From a candidate division FCPU426 bacterium (GTDB lineage: Bacteria > Oederibacteriota > Muellerivitia > Muellerivitales > Muellerivitaceae): DNA of 12,915 nt. Both the position numbers and the translations under genes were made by a program. The stretch's first letter is position 1. Each line of letters begins with the position of its first letter. The notes under the pieces were generated by a model that saw only the letters and a list, made by a program, of their open reading frames with translations, had not been told where the DNA came from and made no database searches. The DNA is taken from the NCBI GenBank assembly GCA_963830915.1, contig CAWHOE010000055.1, positions 1 to 12,915 of the forward strand, in the 5' to 3' direction. Shown here piece by piece: positions 1 to 7,067 of this stretch.

Positions 1-552
1 GGTGTGCAGATCCAGCATGAAATTAATGAGAGCCCTTTCCAACCTGGCGCCATCGCCCATAAGGGAAAAGAAACGAGCGCCTGATATTTTGGCGGCCTTT
101 TCGAAGTCAAGGATGCCCAGGGACTGACCAAGTTCCTCATGGGGTTTGGGTTTAAAATCGAATTTCTTAGGCTCCCCAACTTTGCGGATCTCCTGATTGG
201 CTTCCTCTCCACCTATTGGGACGCTCTCATGGGGAAGGTTGCAGACCTGCAATTCGACATCGTGAAAATCCTTCTCGACCGAGGCTATCTCGCCATCCAT
301 TTGTTTGATCTCATCCGAGAGTTCCTTGAGCTTGGCCTGGAAGGGGGAGGTATCCTTTCCTTCCTTCTTCATCTTGCCCATTTCCTCGGAAGCCTGATTA
401 AGGCGGGCCTTACGTTTGTCCACCGAGATCGTCAGATCCCGGCGGCGGCGTTCCAGGTCCAGGTAAAGGGATAGGTCCACCTTGGATCGGCAATCCTCCA
501 GGGCCTTGCGGACCAGGGCTTCGTGTTCACGCACATATTTGGGATCGAGCAT
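1..552 (-). CDS. serS: Seryl-tRNA synthetase, N-terminal part (runs off the left edge)
   Basis: Manual translation from the ATG at 552: MLDPKYVREHEALVRKAL...RLNQASEEMGKMKKEGKD...VCNLPHESVPIGGEEANQEIRKVGEPKKFDFKPKPHEELGQSLGILDFEKAAKISGARFFSLMGDGARLERALINFMLDLHT. This is the SerRS coiled-coil arm followed by the N-x-P-x-x-S-V-P-x-G and DFExAAKxSGARF signatures; no stop in 184 codons. Confidence 0.97.
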   Translation of the reverse strand, partial: MLDPKYVREHEALVRKALEDCRSKVDLSLYLDLERRRRDLTISVDKRKARLNQASEEMGKMKKEGKDTSPFQAKLKELSDEIKQMDGEIASVEKDFHDVELQVCNLPHESVPIGGEEANQEIRKVGEPKKFDFKPKPHEELGQSLGILDFEKAAKISGARFFSLMGDGARLERALINFMLDLHT

Positions 553-629
553 GGGGTTTTCCTGATCGTATTTACTTTTCCGATGTCCTTCCCATGATTG
601 GGTCGGCGCCAAGACGAAAAAGGATTTTG

Positions 630-638
630 ATTATATTC
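630..638 (-). promoter_or_regulatory. Putative sigma70 -10 element for serS
   Basis: Minus strand reads GAATATAAT (perfect TATAAT at 635-630) about 80 nt upstream of the serS ATG; no convincing -35. Confidence 0.4.
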
Positions 639-834
639 TGAAATTGGGAACAGGCCAGAATGAAATCGGAGTCAACGGATGGTGAAGGCCGTAAAACCAG
701 GGTTGACCCGCCTTTTTTAAAGCTTTTTCAACATTGAACAGGAAGGGTAGATGAATTGATTCCACCCTATCGGGCTTGGTCAAACTTCCTAAGCTTCCCG
801 AACCCTCAAAATACTGTCGGAGGGATTGAATAAG

Positions 835-843
835 GAATATAAT
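835..843 (+). promoter_or_regulatory. Putative sigma70 -10 element for the carbonic anhydrase gene
   Basis: GAATATAAT (TATAAT at 838-843) 35 nt upstream of the ATG at 879; GGAGG RBS at 869-873. Confidence 0.45.
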
Positions 844-878
844 TTTCGGGTCATTACCTCACATCGCCGGAGGGCGCC

Positions 879-1544
879 ATGTCCAAGATGAAATTGAAAT
901 GGATCCTGTTGGGAGTAGTGTTACTTGCCGCGCCCCTTTGGGCTCGGGAACGTACCGGCATCCTAGCGCCCCCCGATGTCAAAAAAGAACAGGACCTGGT
1001 CATGAAAACCCTCATGGACGGCAACAAAGCCCACGTCAAACATATCGGAAAGATCGGCAAGCCGATGGTCATGGTGATCAGCTGCGCCGATTCACACGTT
1101 CCTCCCGAGACAGTCTTCCATCTTAAGACCGGTGAGATATTCACCAACCGGGCCTGGGGCAACATGGTGGACAAGGTCATCCTGGGAAGCCTGGAGTACG
1201 GGGCGGACACCTTGAAGTGTAGGGTCCTGGTTGTGTTAGGGCATACCGAATGCACCGCTTTGATGCAAGCCATCGAGGAACATAAAAACCCACGGCCCTT
1301 GTGGCGTTCCTTGAACATGCAGGACCTGAATGAGCGCTTACAGCCGGCGGTCGAGGCTGTTACGGTGAAACTGGAAGGCGAGGAACTTTTGGACGCTGTC
1401 GTCCGGGCCAATGTGTTGAATACCATGAGGACCATTCGGGAACAAAGTCCCGCGCTTTGGCAGTTGGAGCAGGATGATATGCTCAAGATCGTGGGGGCCA
1501 TCTACCACAAGGATACGGGCGTGGTGGAGTGGCTCAAGGAATAG
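879..1544 (+). CDS. Beta-class carbonic anhydrase family protein with signal peptide (atypical active-site motif)
   Basis: Zn ligands C-x-D (ISCADSHVPPE) and H-x-x-C (VLGHTEC); GEIF..GN, GSLEYG, NV and VGAIYxxxTGxV motifs typical of beta-CAs; signal peptide MSKMKLKWILLGVVLLAAPLWA; GGAGG RBS. Confidence 0.9.
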   Translation: MSKMKLKWILLGVVLLAAPLWARERTGILAPPDVKKEQDLVMKTLMDGNKAHVKHIGKIGKPMVMVISCADSHVPPETVFHLKTGEIFTNRAWGNMVDKVILGSLEYGADTLKCRVLVVLGHTECTALMQAIEEHKNPRPLWRSLNMQDLNERLQPAVEAVTVKLEGEELLDAVVRANVLNTMRTIREQSPALWQLEQDDMLKIVGAIYHKDTGVVEWLKE

Positions 1545-1710
1545 TCCGGCCCAATCCTCGAACCCCTGGAATGAGATCAATCGTTTAGGGCGTCCCGTCT
1601 TTATCGTGGGGCATTTCAGAAAATAATTTCCGATCCTACTTGATTAAACATCACCCGTTGATCATCAATGTATATTCTATTTCCTAATTCATTTTCATTC
1701 GGAGTTTAAG

Positions 1711-2421
1711 TTGCCAATCGTTTTCGCCAGTGTCAGCATAACCGTCCTGCTTTTCTACGGGGCTTCGCTGGTCATGGCCTATACCGGACTCCTACCCGTC
1801 AGCCTCCACATGATCTGGGGTTTGTTCATGACCCTTTTGATCGTCCTGTTGCAATGCCTCGTTTTCGGTTTTTTCATTGGAAGCGGCAAGACCATCAAAC
1901 GGGTGGTCGCCGAAAGTGGTTTGGGAGGGGATTGGGTCCAGAAGACCAAGGAATACAAGAACCAATCCTATCCCGCGCTCATGTTGGCCATCATGGCAAT
2001 GCTTCTGGCGGCGGCGGCGGGAGGCGCAGTGTCGGTTGGTTTTCTACCGTCGGCTGTCCATCAGGGTCTGATTTGGATTTCCTTGATCTTGAACGCCAGA
2101 TCTTTGTGGATCTCTTATCAGGTCATCACCCAGAACGTCAAAGCTATCCATCTCATCAATCGAGAGATCGTACGATTGAAAGAAGAAGGGAAAATACAGG
2201 CGCGGTCTTCTCAAGATCGTGAGTTGACCCAGGCGCCGCTTCCGCCCAGGAATTTACCCACACCAACCTCCAAGTATTACTTCCTGGCCGGGGCGGTCTG
2301 GGTGCCTTACCTCTATATGAGGTGGTCCTTGGGCAGTCGAAACTTTCCTTTTTGGCCATTTTTGGTCTTAAGCGGTTCGCTTTGGTTGATCGGATGGTTC
2401 AATTCACGAAAGAAGTCTTAG
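1711..2421 (+). CDS. Uncharacterised polytopic membrane protein (~6 hydrophobic helices)
   Basis: 236-aa ORF, TTG start preceded by GGAG (1701-1704); four hydrophobic segments, a charged Pro-rich linker, then two more hydrophobic segments. Confidence 0.8.
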   Translation: MPIVFASVSITVLLFYGASLVMAYTGLLPVSLHMIWGLFMTLLIVLLQCLVFGFFIGSGKTIKRVVAESGLGGDWVQKTKEYKNQSYPALMLAIMAMLLAAAAGGAVSVGFLPSAVHQGLIWISLILNARSLWISYQVITQNVKAIHLINREIVRLKEEGKIQARSSQDRELTQAPLPPRNLPTPTSKYYFLAGAVWVPYLYMRWSLGSRNFPFWPFLVLSGSLWLIGWFNSRKKS

Positions 2422-2561
2422 GAACGATCCAACCCCAATTCATTGCAATTCACCCTAACTGGGTAATGAAAATGTTTTTTTACCCTGTCAGCAGCCAAAG
2501 ATCTGGAGTGAATCGCTGTAAACGCCTTGTTTTTTAAGGAGCGATTTGCGACATAGTTTAG

Positions 2562-2588
2562 GAAAAAGTCTGCTCTTTAGACTTTTTC
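2562..2588. promoter_or_regulatory. Perfect 10-bp inverted repeat (possible operator or hairpin)
   Basis: GAAAAAGTCT-gctcttt-AGACTTTTTC, ~150 nt upstream of barrel A. Confidence 0.35.
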
Positions 2589-2737
2589 ATCATCCCGCTA
2601 AAGAAAGCTATCTTTTTTCTTCGGAACTTAGAAAAATAAGCTAAAATGACGCCCCTGTGTCACCCCCTTGTTCGTCATAATGGAACACAGTTAAGCCACA
2701 TCAACGGAAATTTGAAATATTGAGGTCAAAAGACGGG

Positions 2738-3481
2738 ATGAGAAATACTTTCCTATTATTATTAACGCTCGCGATGGTTTCCTTTTCTTTCGTGGGCAGG
2801 ACATGGGCCGATGGCCCCAACGATTATCTTCATTCTCGTACCTATATTGGAATTTTAGGCACGTCGGTAAGCGTCGGGAACCGTGGGGAGTTCACCGGTC
2901 TCAATTATTCTAGAGTGGATACTCCCTCTTATGAACTCACCCTTATTCCATCGCTGGCCCAAAATTTCGGATATGGGGTTCTTGTCGGTCACAGGGAAGA
3001 ATCCTACGCTTTAGAATTAAGTTATTGGGAATCCCAGCATGTCGCTTCTTTCGGCCAAGGGACGGTCCAGTCCAATTATGGGTCGGCCCTGATCAGCGGT
3101 TCTTACCAAGAAACAGCGGTCTATCGTTCGGTGAATGTGGATTTCAAGAAATACTTCCTGACCAACATAGAATTACAACCCTTCCTGGATCTTGGGGTCA
3201 GTTTCCCCTGGATCGATATTCCGTACGCGGACACGGACGGCCAGGGCAATTTTTACCAGGCTACTTTGGCGGGTCTGGGGTTCGATCTTGGAATTGGAGT
3301 TGAATATTATCTTTCTCCCACACTTTCCTTGGTCGGTGGAGCCTATCAGCGGTGGGCTAGTTTTGACGAGTTCAAGGGCTTTAACACCCAGTTTGCCCAA
3401 TTGATGCAGTACGGAAACCCCACGAGTGATGAGGGAAGCGGATTGATATTCTCGGTGGGTACTACCCTGGGTTTTGAGTAA
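2738..3481 (+). CDS. Outer-membrane beta-barrel protein A (~8 strands, OmpA/OmpW-like topology)
   Basis: Signal peptide MRNTFLLLLTLAMVSFSFVGRTWA; eight amphipathic strands (RTYIGILGTS, FGYGVLVGHR, YALELSYW, SVNVDFKKYF, QPFLDLGVSF, GFDLGIGVEYYL, SLVGGAYQRW, GLIFSVGTTLGFE); penultimate Phe. ATG at 2738 preferred over TTG at 2720 (GAGGT upstream). Confidence 0.82.
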   Translation: MRNTFLLLLTLAMVSFSFVGRTWADGPNDYLHSRTYIGILGTSVSVGNRGEFTGLNYSRVDTPSYELTLIPSLAQNFGYGVLVGHREESYALELSYWESQHVASFGQGTVQSNYGSALISGSYQETAVYRSVNVDFKKYFLTNIELQPFLDLGVSFPWIDIPYADTDGQGNFYQATLAGLGFDLGIGVEYYLSPTLSLVGGAYQRWASFDEFKGFNTQFAQLMQYGNPTSDEGSGLIFSVGTTLGFE

Positions 3482-3519
3482 TTGTAATGCTCGGGTTTGA
3501 TCATCCGAAAGGTTAACTG

Positions 3520-4536
3520 ATGAAAAAGCATTTAGTTCTCATCTTGTTCATTGTCCTTGCGACCGTCGCGACGGTTTTGGGTTTGGCCTGCTCGACCAAT
3601 CCCACTTCCCCAAACTTTCAGTCCCCCATACAAACTATTGTCGCTATCAATCCGAGTTTCACCCCGACTTTCACATATACTTATACCCCCACATACACTT
3701 TTACCCAGACTTTCACTCCGACTTCCACCTTCACGCCTTACCAGGCCGGAACCTTGGGAAGCGGTCTAAACCATCCTAACGCGGTCGCTGTGGATTCCAC
3801 CGGCAACATCTATGTGGCTGACGCAGGCAACTTTGCCATCAAGAAATACACGCCCGCGGGTGTCCTGAATACGGCTTGGGGCAAGGGAAAAGGGATCCTG
3901 ACCATTTCAGGCCCGGTGTCTATTCAGGCCCTGGCGGTTGACAGCGCGGGGTTTCTTTACGCCGCCATGGGCGGAACTAACGGGATATATAAATATGACA
4001 GTTTTGGAAATTATCTCACGACTTATTCCGCCGCGAACGCACTCTCTTTCACCGATCCCCTGGGCTTGGCGGTTGATGGCTCCAATAATCTTTATATTAG
4101 CGATAATGGAAACAGCCGGATCGTGGAACTAAATTCCACTGGGACTTTCCAACAGGGTTTTACAGCATCCTCCATCACTGGTATTGCGGTCAATTCTGCC
4201 GGGACCACTCTTTTTGGCGCCGCCGGGAATAACACGGTTCAAGTCTTCACGAATACAGGGTCTTCTTTACTGATCATAACTGGTTTTAAACAACCCAACG
4301 GGGTGGCGTTGGACGCGAACAGCGACCTTTATGTGGCGGATACCAATAATTACCAGGTCGAGGAATTCGCGGCGGGCGCGAACCTGATCTATCCTCCCAT
4401 CGTTCATTTTACGAATAATGGATCCCTCACGGATCCTGTAGGTGTGGCGGTTAACAACACGGTCGGGACCAGCGCGAGCGGTTATATTTATGTAGCCAAC
4501 CAAAACACCAATACGGTTTACATTTTCGCTCCTTGA
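3520..4536 (+). CDS. Lipoprotein with Thr/Pro-rich stalk and NHL-repeat beta-propeller (NHL1)
   Basis: Lipobox LGLA-C24; TPTFTYTYTPT stalk; NHL repeats LNHPNAVAVDSTGNIYVADAGN, FTDPLGLAVDGSNNLYISDNGNSRI, FKQPNGVALDANSDLYVADTNNYQV, LTDPVGVAVN. Confidence 0.92.
   Translation: MKKHLVLILFIVLATVATVLGLACSTNPTSPNFQSPIQTIVAINPSFTPTFTYTYTPTYTFTQTFTPTSTFTPYQAGTLGSGLNHPNAVAVDSTGNIYVADAGNFAIKKYTPAGVLNTAWGKGKGILTISGPVSIQALAVDSAGFLYAAMGGTNGIYKYDSFGNYLTTYSAANALSFTDPLGLAVDGSNNLYISDNGNSRIVELNSTGTFQQGFTASSITGIAVNSAGTTLFGAAGNNTVQVFTNTGSSLLIITGFKQPNGVALDANSDLYVADTNNYQVEEFAAGANLIYPPIVHFTNNGSLTDPVGVAVNNTVGTSASGYIYVANQNTNTVYIFAP
3658..3738 (+). repeat. Coding low-complexity T-x repeat (FTPTFTYTYTPTYTFTQTFTPTSTFTP)
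   Basis: Thr at every second residue; degenerate ACN codon periodicity. Confidence 0.85.
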
Positions 4537-4591
4537 GGTTTCTAAGTTTTGTTTGGATCAGTTGAAAACAGTGAAAGGAATGGTTAACAAG

Positions 4592-5749
4592 ATGAGGAAA
4601 AGTCTTTTCGTCATCCTGGGGGCGGTGATTTTATCCGCGCTTCATTTGAACTGTGGAAGCAGTCCGACCAGCCCGGCGGCGACCGCGACCCCTGTTTATA
4701 CAGCCACGATCTGGGCTGATTACACACCGACCAATACCCTCACACCGACCGCTACCGCCACCTCCACTCCCACGAATCTGGGCGGTCTCACGTCCACGCC
4801 ATCGCCGTCCTTCACCCCCATGCCCAGCTTCACTTATACACCCACTAATGTGACGGCCACTTTCACCAGCACACCGACCATACTGACACCCACCTTTACC
4901 TTTACGCCAACGAACACATTCGCCACCCCCGCTCCGTCCCCATCAGGGACTCCTTGGGCGGCCCTTTTTCCGCCCAATGGTTTGTCGGCCAATAACGCCG
5001 GCTCCACCGTTTATGTCGCCGAGGGAGACGCTCCTAATACAGCTGGCGCGGTTGAGTTGTTCAACGCTTCGGGAGTCTCCCAGGGGCTTTGGACCACCTT
5101 TAACGGCGGGATCAGCTTCGGCCAACCCAACGGAGTGGCGGTCGATAACAGCGGAAATGTTTATGTGGTCGACGGTCTCTTGAATGAAGTCATCGTCCTG
5201 GATTCTACAGGGGCTTATCAAACGTCCTGGAGTGGTTTTGCCGCTCCAGAAGGCATAGCGGTCTATCCAACCACCAGTTCCCCAGCCAGTATTTTCGTGA
5301 CCGATACGGATAACGCCCAGGTCGAGGCGTTCTCACCTACCGGTACTTCGCTGACCCAATGGGGAAGTTGGACAGGAGGAACCGTGACCCAGTTCTCCCA
5401 ACCTAGTGCGGTGGCCATTGACTCGACCGGCAATATCTATGTGGCCGACGCCGGGAACGGGATGGTAGATGTATTCAGTTCGGCGGGGACCTATTCCACC
5501 CAATGGCAAACAGCCGCGGGCGCCGACATTTGGGGCATTACAGTGAACGCAAATAATGGAAATGTATACTTGGCGGACTCGCAGAATGGCCAAGTCGAGG
5601 TTTATTCCAATACTGGAAATCTTCTGACTGTACTTTATGGGCCGAATAGCTCGGCCAACAGCAGCCCGGATGGGGTCATCGTGACATCCAATAATGATGT
5701 GTTGGTGACGGATTTCATGAACAAAACCATCGAAAAATACGGACCTTAA
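4592..5749 (+). CDS. Lipoprotein with long Thr/Pro-rich stalk and NHL-repeat beta-propeller (NHL2)
   Basis: MRKSLFVILGAVILSALHLN-C lipoprotein-type signal (start 4592; 4580 possible); ~100-aa T/P/S stalk; NHL repeats FGQPNGVAVDNSGNVYVVD, FAAPEGIAV, FSQPSAVAIDSTGNIYVADAGN, IWGITVNANNGNVYLADSQN. Confidence 0.9.
   Translation: MRKSLFVILGAVILSALHLNCGSSPTSPAATATPVYTATIWADYTPTNTLTPTATATSTPTNLGGLTSTPSPSFTPMPSFTYTPTNVTATFTSTPTILTPTFTFTPTNTFATPAPSPSGTPWAALFPPNGLSANNAGSTVYVAEGDAPNTAGAVELFNASGVSQGLWTTFNGGISFGQPNGVAVDNSGNVYVVDGLLNEVIVLDSTGAYQTSWSGFAAPEGIAVYPTTSSPASIFVTDTDNAQVEAFSPTGTSLTQWGSWTGGTVTQFSQPSAVAIDSTGNIYVADAGNGMVDVFSSAGTYSTQWQTAAGADIWGITVNANNGNVYLADSQNGQVEVYSNTGNLLTVLYGPNSSANSSPDGVIVTSNNDVLVTDFMNKTIEKYGP
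4655..4954 (+). repeat. Coding Thr/Pro/Ser-rich low-complexity stalk of NHL2
   Basis: TPTNTLTPTATATSTPT...SFTYTPTNVTATFTSTPTILTPTFTFTPTNTFATP. Confidence 0.85.
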
Positions 5750-5905
5750 ATCACCCAAACTTGGAATAATCGCCGGAAAGTCATTGGGATCGGTTAATTT
5801 CGGCATAACCATCCCTTCGAACTGAGCTGTTCGACACCAATGGAATCCTTTCAATATAAACTTTCCTTTTTTATCACCCAATCATTAGGTAAAATACCTT
5901 CAACC

Positions 5906-5935
5906 AAAGACCGCTAGGGATTGGGGTCTTTTTTT
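5906..5935 (+). terminator. Putative intrinsic terminator-like hairpin
   Basis: AAAGACC...GGTCTTT stem followed by a T run; lies between NHL2 and barrel B. Confidence 0.45.
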
Positions 5936-5968
5936 CGGAGCCGTCAAAATTCGGGGGATGGAGTGCGA

Positions 5969-6763
5969 ATGAATTTGAAAAATACCGGGTTTTTATTGCT
6001 GGCGCTTTTGGTGGGGATATTCGCCTCGAAGGTGTGGGCGCAGGATGACGATGAAAATAATACGGATTACATAAAAAGCCGCACCTATGTCGGAGTCCTT
6101 GGGACTTCCTCCACGATCGATCAATGGGGTGATTTCAACGGACAAGAAGGTTTTATAATGAATGGCGCTGCAACCGAAACATCTCCTGTTACGTTGTACG
6201 CCGCCTCTGAGGAAAGCTTAATACCATCCATAACTCGGAACTTTGGTTTTGGGGTTTTGGCTGGTCATCGAGAGGGGCCCTGGGCTGCGGAAATAAGTTT
6301 CTGGCGAAGCGACCATACCGCGTCTTGGAATGGAGGTTCGGGTGTTACGATTACGGAACCCGCTAGCTACCAATCCATAAATGTTGATTTCAAACGATAT
6401 TTCTTCACCCAACTTCCTACCCAACCTTATGTTCTGTTGGGGATTAGCTTCCCATGGCTCTGGGTCCGGCAAATGTATTCTTTGTACGACACCAATAGCG
6501 GCGTACCGGTTCTTCTTCAAACGAACGATGAAACCTTGTCCGGCATTGGGTTGAACTTGGGAGCGGGATTGGAAATTTACATAGGCGACGGTTTTTCCTT
6601 GCTGGGCGGAGTCGAACAACGTTGGGCAGGATTCAACCAAATCAACGGGGCGGCAAAGATCGCCGGGAATAATCTAGATTTTGATTACAATCCAAAAGAT
6701 GCAGGAAATGCTGAAGGGGACGGGCTTAATCTATTCGTTGGTACTACCGTTGGATTTCAATGA
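5969..6763 (+). CDS. Outer-membrane beta-barrel protein B, paralogue of 2738-3481
   Basis: Signal peptide MNLKNTGFLLLALLVGIFASKVWA with GGAG RBS; blocks DYIKSRTYVGVLGTS, LIPSITRNFGFGVLAGHRE, SINVDFKRYF, QPYVLLGISFPW, QRWAGF, EGDGLNLFVGTTVGFQ align collinearly with barrel A. Confidence 0.85.
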   Translation: MNLKNTGFLLLALLVGIFASKVWAQDDDENNTDYIKSRTYVGVLGTSSTIDQWGDFNGQEGFIMNGAATETSPVTLYAASEESLIPSITRNFGFGVLAGHREGPWAAEISFWRSDHTASWNGGSGVTITEPASYQSINVDFKRYFFTQLPTQPYVLLGISFPWLWVRQMYSLYDTNSGVPVLLQTNDETLSGIGLNLGAGLEIYIGDGFSLLGGVEQRWAGFNQINGAAKIAGNNLDFDYNPKDAGNAEGDGLNLFVGTTVGFQ

Positions 6764-6995
6764 TATCCGGGGATAAATCTGTTTATTGAACAGGGTCACA
6801 GTCCTTCATCGAACTCCGGGTCAATATTTCAAGTCATTCATGGCTCATCAGGGTAGCCTATTTCTCCTTGTAGTATACTCACACTGATCAACATACTTAC
6901 TACTTCGGTTCCCTTATGGAGAAAATCAAAAGCTCGCAGGAAACTAAGGAAATTCATCCCTTTTGGTCTTGAAGTTAAAGGTTTTTGAGTTGTTT

Positions 6996-7024
6996 CTGCC
7001 ATATTTAAAAAATTAAGGTAAAAT
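6996..7024 (+). promoter_or_regulatory. Putative sigma70 promoter for NHL3
   Basis: CTGCCA-17 nt-TAAAAT in an AT-rich spacer; GAGGTG RBS before ATG 7068. Confidence 0.4.
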
Positions 7025-7067
7025 TATATTCAAGCGGTTTAAGATGAAACCTTCATCGAGGTGGTAC

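Noticed and set aside
139..474. 111-aa + strand ORF
   Set aside because: Antisense shadow of serS, which is clearly the real gene.
553..878. T-box leader upstream of serS
   Set aside because: No T-box consensus (AAGGGTGGNACC-like) and the putative leader is too short.
854..1501. 215-aa minus-strand ORF
   Set aside because: Antisense shadow of the carbonic anhydrase; no motifs.
1640..1668. FNR-like TTGAT...ATCAA boxes
   Set aside because: Spacing is N1 (TTGATcATCAA) or N5 with a mismatch, not the required N4.
3658..4954. CRISPR/VNTR or ice-binding TxT array
   Set aside because: Repeats are degenerate at DNA level and coding; frequent Pro is incompatible with the beta-solenoid of TxT antifreeze proteins.
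5333..5881. 182-aa minus-strand ORF
   Set aside because: Mostly antisense to NHL2 with no recognisable domain.
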